Made by a program: the position numbers and the translations under genes. The notes below the pieces were generated by a model, which was not told the origin of the DNA, did not search any database, and was given only the letters and a program-made list of their open reading frames with translations. DNA of 64,000 bases from a phage. Below are positions 1 through 9,447 of the stretch, piece by piece. Each line of letters opens with the position of its first letter. The stretch's first letter is position 1. Where the stretch lies: assembly GCA_018093385.1 (NCBI GenBank), contig GCA_018093385.1_4808.1; one strand, written 5' to 3'.

Positions 1-383
1 AAGAAAAATTTAAGCCAGCTTTCCGCAATCTCGCGGCCAGTAGCCAATCGGTCTGTCTTTTCCATAGGTCTGCACACGCCACAGGGTAATCCTTTCTGTA
101 GGCGTGTACTATTGCCAATTTTTACCCAAACTTGGCCAGCTTGGTCGACATAAGCTTGGCAACCCATGATTTCGAGTCGTTGTAGACACTGGCGAATCGT
201 TTTCAGCTTCTCACCGGACCGGATAGAGCGCGGTCGCGACCGCTGACCGTTTTTATTCACTGTACGCTTGGCGACCGGAATATCATTGGTGCGCTGCGGC
301 TTGGGTCGGTAATAAGCCTCTTCGCCAGGAGTCGCACCTGGCGTCAGTTCACGCTTAAGCGCCTTTTCAATGTCTATGATCAT
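1..383 (-). CDS. hypothetical protein, N-terminal fragment (gene runs off window start)
   Basis: ATG at 381-383 on minus strand; frame stayed open over the stretches re-checked by hand down to the window edge; absent from ORF track because no in-window stop. Confidence 0.3.
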   Translation of the reverse strand, partial: MIIDIEKALKRELTPGATPGEEAYYRPKPQRTNDIPVAKRTVNKNGQRSRPRSIRSGEKLKTIRQCLQRLEIMGCQAYVDQAGQVWVKIGNSTRLQKGLPCGVCRPMEKTDRLATGREIAESWLKFF

Positions 384-477
384 AATTTATGCCGCAGCAG
401 CATGAATTATTGCGTAAACAATTCCTAACAGGGCGACAACGCAAATCGTGCCCCAAAATGCAAAGCGCCGTGCCTCT

Positions 478-684
478 TTATCCATTGTCCACTGCTCCAA
501 TATCCGTTAAGAACTCGTGCAAAGCACCTTTCTTGTTGAGTTTTTGCATAGTCTTGATATCATCAAGTGATATACTTTGATCGCTTTGCTGTTTATCAAT
601 GCAAACAAGACTGCCTTTGGCCTTGATGGTCATGCCTTTGGCTTCGATACTTTTTACAAAATCTGACAACACTTTAATTTCCAT
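478..684 (-). CDS. hypothetical protein (68 aa)
   Basis: ORF in track, same strand and tightly packed with neighbours. Confidence 0.35.
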   Translation of the reverse strand: MEIKVLSDFVKSIEAKGMTIKAKGSLVCIDKQQSDQSISLDDIKTMQKLNKKGALHEFLTDIGAVDNG

Positions 685-964
685 TAGAGCCTTCTCCGCT
701 GTTAATGTTGTCCAGAATCAAGGTCGGAATTTCATCTTGAGTCCTGACTTTGTAATGAGAAGGCATCTTGCTTTCTAACAATGCCTGTTCGGCTTCTCCC
801 TTTGTCTCAAAGAGCGGGATGCACCAATCAACTGCGTTGCCATGTTCATTGCCTGTAACGGCTTTCAAAAAGACAAGGCGTTTGTCTGCAGGGTCGATGC
901 CGCAAATTAAGTATTTTGGAAGAGCCTTTGCTTTCTGAGCCTTATCAACATCTTCAAATTTCAT
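674..964 (-). CDS. hypothetical protein (96 aa)
   Basis: ORF in track, downstream of tail fibre gene on same strand. Confidence 0.45.
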   Translation of the reverse strand: MKFEDVDKAQKAKALPKYLICGIDPADKRLVFLKAVTGNEHGNAVDWCIPLFETKGEAEQALLESKMPSHYKVRTQDEIPTLILDNINSGEGSNGN

Positions 965-1045
965 AAATCACCTCACTTGTTAACGTATAATGAGTATAAC
1001 TTAATTGCGCATAAAGTAAAGGCGCTTTTCAGCGCCTTGAGTGAA

Positions 1046-3379
1046 TTATTTCGCTGATTTCAGCGCGGCTATCTCTGCCTCTAGTGATTCAACCTTTTTC
1101 ATCAACTCCTGCACCACGTGCATCGTGTCAAGAAGCATTGGAGTTGTGTCTAGTTGTTTTTGTTCAACCTCTACGCCTTCGCTCGGATAGAATTTCACCG
1201 TTTTTACATACAACGGGTCAATAATCTCTGCTTGTTGAGCGATGACACCCCTTCTTACCCTTTCCTTTTCATCATTGTTGTAAATAAATGTCACATATTC
1301 CAACGATGAAAGGTTGCTCCATGCTTTTTCAACCGTTCCTGGCTGTATGTCATGCTTCAAATTCTCATCAGAGATGGCATTCTTTTGAAGAGTATAAAAG
1401 CTATCTGATCCAAGAATTGATACAGAGAAAAACACATCATGAGAGTTAGGCTGTATGTTCATCCTTGTCTGGTACTGCGCATTATCATCTCCAACGACGA
1501 GCCAAGTGCCCTGCGCAAAACTTCCGTTATTGTTGTGGATCAAACCGTGGTGAAGCGTTGTGGCATAACCTGTATCAACCTGTTGACCGCCGCTAAAAAG
1601 ACTGTTGAAAGCATAGTTTTGACCCATTGACTGTCTCACCGTTGCATAGGTGCCGATTCTTGTTCCAGTCTCACTCCAAGACATTAAGCTTCCATATCTC
1701 GCGGCGAATCTGTCGCTGCTAAGAGTTCCTGCATCATCAAATGCAAGGTCTTTAGTCACCCCTTTTGTTTTATTGTACACAGACAGTATTGCATAATAAA
1801 ATCCATCCATGTATGCATCGCATCGCAATCCGGCATCAGCTTCAACAACAGTACCAATTTTGTATTGTGCCCTTACTTGCCCTGAAGACCCCTTAACCCC
1901 AGAGCCTGGTCGAACAGAATCCGCATTGATAACTGACCATTGCGTATTCGCGGCAACAAAGCCACCAGATGCACGAATCACCCAAACACCGACAAAGTTG
2001 CGCGGCACGATTTCAGCCGCTGATCTTCCGTATACAGGGCTTGATCGAGAAGCGTCAAAGTTTGTTTGTATGAATCTTGAACCAGAACCTGCTGCTGCTG
2101 GAGAGTCCCCAGAAGTGATCGACTGAAAAGCGCCATTAGTCGCCACCTGACTTGGCGCAGAAGCCAACGTGACCATTGTGCGCGGCGCGGAGTAAGTTAT
2201 ATTTGGTGCACCTGACTCAGAAACGACTCCATTTGATGATGGATTGCCTCCATCACCTCGACCGAACAGGGCCTGAATAGAACCCGTCTGCACGCCGTTT
2301 CGGTCCGGCACACGAAATGTTGTCGTTCCGTTACCTAAAGAGTATTTACCGCGTTTCGCTGGGTCCGCTAACCAATCTGCATCTGCAATAGGTGAAAGCA
2401 TTTGCGCATACGCCCAAAGTTCAGGCCAGTCAGCGCGGTTTAACAACTGCCCATCAGCAACGACTTCATACGGTTGAATATAAGCACGGCTGTCGCGTAA
2501 GTGGAAGTCACCGACGCCATAGTTCATAACGCCGTTCATACTTGGTCCAACGGTGCCTGTGTTTACTAAGTTCTCAACCCAACGCTTGGTCGCGGCATCA
2601 TGATCGTTTACTGGGTCACCAGCAAGCGGTGTTGCACCTTGTGGACGAATATTCAACCATGCTTGCGCATTGTCGGCTGACCCTGTGCCGCCCATAGAAG
2701 TCGGAACGATGTTTTGATCAGCGACTGTGCCAAATCCAAAAGCGGACTTCATACCCTGAATGGTAGTTTGGCCTGTGCCGCCGTTGGCGACTGGGATTAT
2801 GCTTGACTCGGAATAAATCATGACCCAAGGAGACCACGTGCTATTTTGAGCGTTGAATCTTCTTTGGTAAGTATTGTTAATGGAATATGATGTGTATTTT
2901 TGAATGCAACTTTCGGTCGATACTCCTGTTTGCAACACCTCTAAGACTCCTGCTTGTTCAACAGGATAGTTCAATCCAAAAGAGGCGGCGCCATCAGAGT
3001 TCTGATAATATTGCCCAAACCAGCTGCCGGTAAGAGCATTAAGATTCATGCCGGAAGGAACAGTGCCAAAATTTCGCAAGGTATTGGTCAAAGTCGCAGC
3101 AGTTGTTCGAATGGAAAGCATGTCACCAGCCGCCCATGCACGCGCTGCAGTTCCTTCCTGCGCACGCTGCACGGTTAGCACGTTTCCAACTACGGCTGTT
3201 ACTGTGACGATTTCAAATTGGAGGCCTGTTGCAGCGTCGACGATTGTCGCCACTACACGCTCGTTCGCGGCCAAGGTCGGAAAGCCCGACCCTGAGCGGA
3301 TTGTGATTGTGGTGTCTGAAGTCGTCGTTGGCTGGGCAAGCGCGACCTCAAAGTTGTTTTTGAATATTAGCCTTGGCAT
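1046..3379 (-). CDS. tail fibre/tailspike protein with C-terminal intramolecular chaperone (peptidase S74-like) domain
   Basis: 777 aa; C-terminal region SDENLKHDIQP...GVIAQQAEIIDPLYV...LEAEIAALK resembles auto-cleaving chaperone domains of phage fibres/endosialidases; Gly/Ser/Thr-rich central part. Confidence 0.6.
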   Translation of the reverse strand: MPRLIFKNNFEVALAQPTTTSDTTITIRSGSGFPTLAANERVVATIVDAATGLQFEIVTVTAVVGNVLTVQRAQEGTAARAWAAGDMLSIRTTAATLTNTLRNFGTVPSGMNLNALTGSWFGQYYQNSDGAASFGLNYPVEQAGVLEVLQTGVSTESCIQKYTSYSINNTYQRRFNAQNSTWSPWVMIYSESSIIPVANGGTGQTTIQGMKSAFGFGTVADQNIVPTSMGGTGSADNAQAWLNIRPQGATPLAGDPVNDHDAATKRWVENLVNTGTVGPSMNGVMNYGVGDFHLRDSRAYIQPYEVVADGQLLNRADWPELWAYAQMLSPIADADWLADPAKRGKYSLGNGTTTFRVPDRNGVQTGSIQALFGRGDGGNPSSNGVVSESGAPNITYSAPRTMVTLASAPSQVATNGAFQSITSGDSPAAAGSGSRFIQTNFDASRSSPVYGRSAAEIVPRNFVGVWVIRASGGFVAANTQWSVINADSVRPGSGVKGSSGQVRAQYKIGTVVEADAGLRCDAYMDGFYYAILSVYNKTKGVTKDLAFDDAGTLSSDRFAARYGSLMSWSETGTRIGTYATVRQSMGQNYAFNSLFSGGQQVDTGYATTLHHGLIHNNNGSFAQGTWLVVGDDNAQYQTRMNIQPNSHDVFFSVSILGSDSFYTLQKNAISDENLKHDIQPGTVEKAWSNLSSLEYVTFIYNNDEKERVRRGVIAQQAEIIDPLYVKTVKFYPSEGVEVEQKQLDTTPMLLDTMHVVQELMKKVESLEAEIAALKSAK

Positions 3380-3417
3380 TTTACGGTCCTCGTTTTGTCG
3401 ACAACCGTATTATAACC

Positions 3418-3759
3418 TTAATTTCTTTTGAGAGGAATATGACGGTGGCTGCCATTATTTGGTTTAATAATGAGCATAAAAACGATTAGAAAGATGATGG
3501 CTGATATACTTAATTCAATCAGCGCGGCTTGAGATATAGATTGATCTTCATGATACTGCTTTTGCATTTCTGCTTTCTTCTGAGCGCAAACTTCAGGTGA
3601 TATGTAATCGCCTTTTGAGTTGCCATAATAAATTTCGCCATTCTCAGAAATAAGCCTGCCGCAAATATCCGTTTCAGCCTGTGCGCTTGACATCATAATA
3701 ACAGTTCCGATGATAGCGGCGATAGTCCAGATTAACAGTTGTGATAAAGTGTTGTTCAT
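3418..3759 (-). CDS. small membrane protein (likely start at internal Met, MNNTLSQ...)
   Basis: Strong RBS AAGAGG 5 nt upstream of ATG at 3759; N-terminal hydrophobic segment plus C-terminal hydrophobic segment; track ORF extends to 3849. Confidence 0.45.
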   Translation of the reverse strand: MNNTLSQLLIWTIAAIIGTVIMMSSAQAETDICGRLISENGEIYYGNSKGDYISPEVCAQKKAEMQKQYHEDQSISQAALIELSISAIIFLIVFMLIIKPNNGSHRHIPLKRN

Positions 3760-3955
3760 AATAACCTCTTTAAATTCCCTTCCCATTTCGGGAAGGGTGA
3801 TAATTATTTTACGCGAAAGAATAGGCGCGTGCCACACAGCGAGTCCCAACGGCCCTCACCATCCCATATCGACCCAACACCAGCAGCGATTGGGCCAGCA
3901 GAATTGGCGGAATTGGCCCAGGCAAGACGTTTCAACTTCCAACTGCACCATCGAT

Positions 3956-4207
3956 TCACAGTTCATCTCCAGATTGCAAAATAAGACCCGCATAGAGGAT
4001 TGCCAAAGCCAAAGGTGCACCACCACCAGCCTCTCTATTCTCTTTGATTTGAAGAGTATCCTTAAGGAATTGCAACTGAACGTTGAATTCATTTTCAATT
4101 CCAAGAACTCCAGCCAATTCTTTTACAGAATCTGCATATGCCTTGTCTAGCAATTCTTTTGGTACTGTTAAAGTCAATTCATTTGCCATTTTCTTTCCAC
4201 TCCACAA
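3956..4207 (-). CDS. hypothetical protein (83 aa)
   Basis: ORF in track; co-oriented small-gene cluster. Confidence 0.4.
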   Translation of the reverse strand: MWSGKKMANELTLTVPKELLDKAYADSVKELAGVLGIENEFNVQLQFLKDTLQIKENREAGGGAPLALAILYAGLILQSGDEL

Positions 4208-4400
4208 ATGTGCTGCCGCTTGTTTCTCTATTTAGCAGGTATCTGCCGCGCATTCCATGAAGGCTGAATTCAACCGTCGATGGATTAGATTTTGAAAGCC
4301 ATATAGGCTGCCCGTCGAATGGACCGCCTACGCATGTATATTTCGCTTTTGGCTCACTCCTTTTGGGCTGTTTTGCCCGCTCTTTTATTGATAGTCTCAT
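4179..4400 (-). CDS. hypothetical protein (73 aa)
   Basis: ORF in track; overlaps neighbours by a few nt as in operons. Confidence 0.4.
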   Translation of the reverse strand: MRLSIKERAKQPKRSEPKAKYTCVGGPFDGQPIWLSKSNPSTVEFSLHGMRGRYLLNRETSGSTFVEWKENGK

Positions 4401-4615
4401 CAGTCTTCACCTTGAGATTCCAGACAAGTAAGGACAAGCCACGTCATCGGAAGAATCAAAACCAGAGAAATGAGGGACCAGATAGACCAGCACAAGATGA
4501 CAGACTTGAATGTGTGAACGTCGCCAAACGCAGCAGTAAAACAGAATCCCATTACAAATGCAATAGCTGTGGAATGGTTATCTATGGCTTTGATGGCACG
4601 GTCGATGAGTTTCAT
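4400..4615 (-). CDS. small membrane protein (71 aa)
   Basis: Two hydrophobic segments (FVMGFCFTAAF, ILCWSIWSLISLVLILP). Confidence 0.4.
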   Translation of the reverse strand: MKLIDRAIKAIDNHSTAIAFVMGFCFTAAFGDVHTFKSVILCWSIWSLISLVLILPMTWLVLTCLESQGED

Positions 4616-4792
4616 ATTACCTCCGGTTTTGAGTTAATATGATTATAACGCAGACTTTCAGAAAGGCAAACTTTTTGTGAATTTTAATCAAAAAAATGGC
4701 CAGAAAAAATCTGGCCGAAAGATCACCCTTTATCCACTACTAAGCTGGAATCATAATTTTACTTGATATAGCTTGTACAAGCAAACTATAAT

Positions 4793-6253
4793 ATGAATAA
4801 AATATTAACACATAATTGGAAATTCATGTACCAGTTGAATCCTGCTTTAAAAGAAGTCTGGAAGACAAAAGCGCGATACAAAGTGATATACGGCGGTCGT
4901 GCATCTTCCAAATCGCACGATGCCGCTGGTTTTGCTATTTATTTGGCGGCAAACTTCAAATTAAAATTCCTTTGCGTTCGACAATTCCAGAACAAGATTT
5001 CTGAATCTGTATATACTCTATTAAAAGACAAAATAGAGATTTCTGATTTTAAAGATGAGTTCAATTTATTAAAGAACTCTATCGAACACAAAAGAACTAA
5101 ATCTGAATTTCTATTTTATGGTATCGCACGTAACGTTGATGAAATCAAATCAACAGAAGGCGTTGATGTTCTTTGGCTGGAAGAAGCGCACGCGCTTACT
5201 GAAGAACAGTGGGACATTATTGAGCCGACAATACGTAAAGAAGGGTCCGAAATATGGATCATCTTTAACCCTGATGAAGAGGCCGATTTCGTATATCAAA
5301 ACTTTGTTATGCGACCGCCGAAGAATGCCATTGTTAAAAAGATAAACTGGCAAGACAATCCATTTTTGTCGCAAACGATGCTGGACGTTATTGCAGGCAT
5401 GTACGAGCGTGACCCGAAAAAGGCAGAGCACGTTTATGGCGGCGTGCCGAAGACTGGCGGCGACAAATCTGTAATCAACCGCGCATTCGTTAAGGCCGCG
5501 CTTAATCTACACAAGCACCCCACGCTGGGCTGGAGTTTGTCAGGGTCTAACCGTATAGGCTTTGACGTAGCGGACGATGGCGACGACCTTAACGCCACTG
5601 CATTCGTCACAGGAAACGTATTGCGCGGCATCAAGACGTGGGAAGGCCTGGAAGATGAATTGTTGAAATCGGCAAGCGGAGTTTGGAAAGATGCGCTTAC
5701 ATTCGGCGCTTCCATAACTTATGACGCCATCGGTGTCGGCGCTTTTGCTGGTTCAAAATTTGATGAACTAAACGAGTATGCAATACATGAAAATCCATCA
5801 TTTCCAAGAATCGAATTTAATGCGTTCAACGCGCAAGGGTCTGTTGATGATCCTGATGACGTTTTTCTTGAATTACCACACGTTGAAATACTCAATAAAG
5901 ACCATTTCGCAAACATAAAAGCGCAAAAATGGACTGAAATTGCAGAGAGATTCAGAAAGACATACGAATATGCAACTGGGCAAGCCGTATATCCGACTGA
6001 TGAATTGATTTCAATCGACACCGATGGTATACCGGAACTTGGGATTCCAGCTTGGACTACTGAAGAGATTGAGACGTTTCTTTTTGAGATGTCAGCGCCG
6101 CGCAAGGATACATCTGTTCTTGGTAAGTTCAAAGTTGAATCTAAAAAGGACATGGCAAAGCGCGGAGTCAAATCACCTAACAAAGCGGACGCAGCAATCA
6201 TGGCATTGATGAAACCAATCGTTGCAGCATCCGGCTTCTTCTCTAACCTTTAA
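4793..6253 (+). CDS. terL: terminase large subunit
   Basis: Walker A-like YGGRASSKS, Walker B-like VLWLEEAH, C-terminal nuclease-like region; 486 aa; precedes portal. Confidence 0.85.
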   Translation: MNKILTHNWKFMYQLNPALKEVWKTKARYKVIYGGRASSKSHDAAGFAIYLAANFKLKFLCVRQFQNKISESVYTLLKDKIEISDFKDEFNLLKNSIEHKRTKSEFLFYGIARNVDEIKSTEGVDVLWLEEAHALTEEQWDIIEPTIRKEGSEIWIIFNPDEEADFVYQNFVMRPPKNAIVKKINWQDNPFLSQTMLDVIAGMYERDPKKAEHVYGGVPKTGGDKSVINRAFVKAALNLHKHPTLGWSLSGSNRIGFDVADDGDDLNATAFVTGNVLRGIKTWEGLEDELLKSASGVWKDALTFGASITYDAIGVGAFAGSKFDELNEYAIHENPSFPRIEFNAFNAQGSVDDPDDVFLELPHVEILNKDHFANIKAQKWTEIAERFRKTYEYATGQAVYPTDELISIDTDGIPELGIPAWTTEEIETFLFEMSAPRKDTSVLGKFKVESKKDMAKRGVKSPNKADAAIMALMKPIVAASGFFSNL

Positions 6254-6256
6254 CAA

Positions 6257-6496
6257 TTAAAGCATTCCGTGCTGAAGGTCTAGTTTTCTTGCAGCAAATG
6301 ACCTGGCACGGAATCGCTTACCCGCTCTTACTGCCTGCCGAATCTTCTTTTGCATACACTTACGGTCAAAATCGTTGCGGTCAACGGCTTCGAGCAAATC
6401 CCGACGCAAAGCACCTAGTGTCGCCTTTTCGGATACTTCTATGCCCAGCGCGGCTGCAACGTCTTTCAAAACATCGAGTTCGGTTAATGTTCTCAT
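6257..6496 (-). CDS. small basic protein with HeH/SAP-like N-terminus
   Basis: TLTELDVLKDVAAALGIEVSEKATLGALRRDLL helix-extension-helix-like motif; Arg/Lys-rich C-terminus; opposite strand to flanking TerL and portal. Confidence 0.45.
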   Translation of the reverse strand: MRTLTELDVLKDVAAALGIEVSEKATLGALRRDLLEAVDRNDFDRKCMQKKIRQAVRAGKRFRARSFAARKLDLQHGML

Positions 6497-6909
6497 TTGA
6501 TAATCCCCTTGATGTCTGATTCAGCCATAAAAATGGGAGTGCCGTTTCCAGGAACGATTGAGCGGGTAATTTTGTCAAACAGATCGCCTTCCTCGACATG
6601 AATCTTGTAAAAGAGATTCTTGGAGTTCGAAGGGCACAAACCGATGAATTTGCCGATGCCGCGCACGCATTCATCTTCAAAGTATACCGTTTCACCTTCG
6701 AGAGATTCGATGCTCTGGACAGGGTATACTTTACGACCCATAAGCCATTCGTCAAGCGTCGCCTGCAACACGTTTCGCGAATCTAAAATCCATGGGTCAA
6801 TTTTCGCATCAGGGTATCGCGCGGCTGTCGCCTTTGCCAATTCTTCATATTCGCAGACGTTGACAACTTCGCCTTCGTGGATAACTACAAATACAATTGT
6901 TGTGCTCAT
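6493..6909 (-). CDS. hypothetical protein (138 aa)
   Basis: ORF in track, 4-nt overlap with downstream gene; no recognisable motif. Confidence 0.45.
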   Translation of the reverse strand: MSTTIVFVVIHEGEVVNVCEYEELAKATAARYPDAKIDPWILDSRNVLQATLDEWLMGRKVYPVQSIESLEGETVYFEDECVRGIGKFIGLCPSNSKNLFYKIHVEEGDLFDKITRSIVPGNGTPIFMAESDIKGIIK

Positions 6910-7004
6910 TTCAATCTCCTTTCATTTGGTTAAATAAAATATAACTCAAAATGATACAAAAGCAAAATATTTTATGAACTATTTATGATAACCATACATA
7001 TCAT

Positions 7005-7033
7005 TTGCTTACAAACACATGAATATTTATAAT
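7005..7033 (+). promoter_or_regulatory. sigma70-like promoter upstream of portal gene
   Basis: TTGCTT - 17 nt - TATAAT in AT-rich divergent intergenic region. Confidence 0.35.
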
Positions 7034-7070
7034 ATAGATTGATTCCCTTTCACTGTCAGGTGGCGTTACA

Positions 7071-9446
7071 ATGAAAATTCTTGGCATAAAACTCTGGGAG
7101 AAGACGCAACCAGAAGCCGAACCAGCGGAGATGCCGCCAGGCGACCCATTGGCACCGTTTGAACGCCTTGAAAGGCGCGGCAGCGGTCAACGCTGGGAAA
7201 AGACTGAAAGCAATCGACCGACCTTTAAAACGGTTGATGACTTCCCTTTATATGAGCCTGATATCAACGGGGACGGCGTTGCAATCATCAAAGGTCGCTC
7301 AGTAGATTCAGCAACCGTATCCAAAAAAGTTATGGATAATGCCTTAAAGAACATCAGTTCAGAAGGGCAGGTGAATCCATACACAGTGCCTATTCAGTTG
7401 CAAAACTGGTACTTGTCGCAGTCATTCATCGGCTATCAAGCTTGCGCCATCATCGCGCAGCACTGGCTGGTGAACAAGGCTTGTTCCATGGTAGGTCGCG
7501 ATGCGGTCCGTAAAGGCTGGGAAGTCAAATCCAGTTCTGAGTCGGAATTGTCAGTACAGGCCAGCGAACGCCTAAAGCAAATTGATAAAGAATTTAATAT
7601 CAAAGAGCACTTAGTTGAAGCCGAACGATTCAAGAATATTTTTGGCATCCGCGTCATCATATTTGATGTGCGCAGTGATGACCCAGAATATTATAGTAAA
7701 CCTTTTAACATCGATGGTGTGACAAAAGGGTCTTATAAGGGAATCATTCAGGTTGACCCTTATTGGATGATGCCATTCTTGACGTCTGAAAACACTGCAG
7801 ACCCTGCGTCACAGCATTTCTATGATCCAGAATACTGGGTTATCAGCGGACAGCGTTATCATCGCAGCCACCTAATCATCTTGCGCAACGATGAGCCAGC
7901 TGATATTCTCAAGCCGACTTATATCTACGGCGGCATTCCTCTGACTCAGCAGATTTATGAACGTATCTATGCCGCTGAACGTACCGCTAACGAAGCGCCA
8001 TTGCTGGCGATGTCTAAGCGTACAACCACGCTGCGGACCGACGTTGACAAGGCGATTGCCAATGAGCGGTCGTTTGCCGAACGTCTGATGATGTGGATTA
8101 AGTACCGCGACAACTATGCGGTAAAAGTGCTTGGTCAGAAAGAAGAGATGGACCAGTTTGACATCAACTTGTCAGACTTCGACAGCATCATCATGAACCA
8201 GTACCAGCTGGTGGCTGCAATCGCAAAAGTGCCGTCGACGAAGCTATTAGGGACGTCACCTAAAGGCTTTAACGCCACTGGTGAGTTCGAGATGGTCAGC
8301 TATCACGAAGAATTGGAAACTTGTCAGCAGCACGATTTGACGAAGATTCTGGACCGTCACTATAAAATCCTTTTGAAATCTGAAGGTGTTGAAGTCGACG
8401 TTAAAGTGGCATGGGAGCCAGTTGGTTCACTTACTGCTACTCAGCTTGCAGAGATTAACGACAAACGAGCGAATACTGGTAAGACTCTCATTGATGCTGG
8501 CGTCATCTCCCCTGATGAAGAGCGCGACCGCATCAAGGACGACAAAAACAGCGGCTACAACCGTTTGCCAGAAGATACAGCAGAAGAAACCCCAGGGATG
8601 TCTCCAGAGAATATGGCATTGCTTGGCAAGTCTGCTGGTGAAGTTCTGCAAGGTAAAGCCGATATTGAACAGGCCAAAGCTGATGTCGTCAAGATGGGCG
8701 GCCAGTTCTATAGTGAGACTGGTATCATGCCGGAAGGTGCCGCGCGCGGTGAGTTGGCAGAAAACCCTGACAGGGCGCCAGTTGAGATCAACATGGATGA
8801 TACCGATGACGAATCAAGCCATCAGGTTGATGTCCTAACGCAACTGAAAGAAGGTCTGGAGGGTATTGCTGACTATTACCTTAAAGAAGGTCAGGATGTG
8901 GATTTTGACCCTCAAAAAGACGCAAGGTCTGTGCAGCCGTCTACCCTTCCAAGCGTAAAAGGCAATGTAGTCAACTTGCGCCACAATGTAGGGAAGATGG
9001 ATGCCTCATCGCTGCCTAAGATGAAGTTGCACGGGATGATTCTTGGTATTGAGAATCCTCGCAACAGCATTCGCAGGGGCAACAGCCTTGATGGTGAATG
9101 GGCAGTTAAGATGCCGCACCATTACGGATTTATCAAAGGCACCAAGGGCGCTGATGGTGATGAAGTCGACTGCTTTGTTGGACCAAATATGAAGTCGCCT
9201 AAAGTATTCATCATTAACCAAAATGATAATTATTCTGGCGAATTTGATGAACACAAGTGTATGCTTGGATTTGATTCAGCAGAAGAAGCGAAAGAAGCTT
9301 ATCAAGCATCATTTGGTAACGGTTGGAATGGATTTGACTCAATCCACGAATTGGATGTAAACTCATTCAAGGAGTGGTTGAAGGGTGATTGCTCTCAAGC
9401 ATATGGAGCACTCAATAATCCTACTAATTCACCGAAGCAAGGTTGA
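7071..9446 (+). CDS. portal protein with C-terminal extension
   Basis: 791 aa ORF between TerL and MuF-like gene (synteny); C-terminal ~120 aa carry pyrophosphatase-like motifs (see findings). Confidence 0.55.
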   Translation: MKILGIKLWEKTQPEAEPAEMPPGDPLAPFERLERRGSGQRWEKTESNRPTFKTVDDFPLYEPDINGDGVAIIKGRSVDSATVSKKVMDNALKNISSEGQVNPYTVPIQLQNWYLSQSFIGYQACAIIAQHWLVNKACSMVGRDAVRKGWEVKSSSESELSVQASERLKQIDKEFNIKEHLVEAERFKNIFGIRVIIFDVRSDDPEYYSKPFNIDGVTKGSYKGIIQVDPYWMMPFLTSENTADPASQHFYDPEYWVISGQRYHRSHLIILRNDEPADILKPTYIYGGIPLTQQIYERIYAAERTANEAPLLAMSKRTTTLRTDVDKAIANERSFAERLMMWIKYRDNYAVKVLGQKEEMDQFDINLSDFDSIIMNQYQLVAAIAKVPSTKLLGTSPKGFNATGEFEMVSYHEELETCQQHDLTKILDRHYKILLKSEGVEVDVKVAWEPVGSLTATQLAEINDKRANTGKTLIDAGVISPDEERDRIKDDKNSGYNRLPEDTAEETPGMSPENMALLGKSAGEVLQGKADIEQAKADVVKMGGQFYSETGIMPEGAARGELAENPDRAPVEINMDDTDDESSHQVDVLTQLKEGLEGIADYYLKEGQDVDFDPQKDARSVQPSTLPSVKGNVVNLRHNVGKMDASSLPKMKLHGMILGIENPRNSIRRGNSLDGEWAVKMPHHYGFIKGTKGADGDEVDCFVGPNMKSPKVFIINQNDNYSGEFDEHKCMLGFDSAEEAKEAYQASFGNGWNGFDSIHELDVNSFKEWLKGDCSQAYGALNNPTNSPKQG

Positions 9447-9447
9447 T

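Noticed and set aside
3048-3431. 127-aa plus-strand ORF
   Set aside because: Antisense overlap with the minus-strand tail fibre gene and its upstream region; no RBS.
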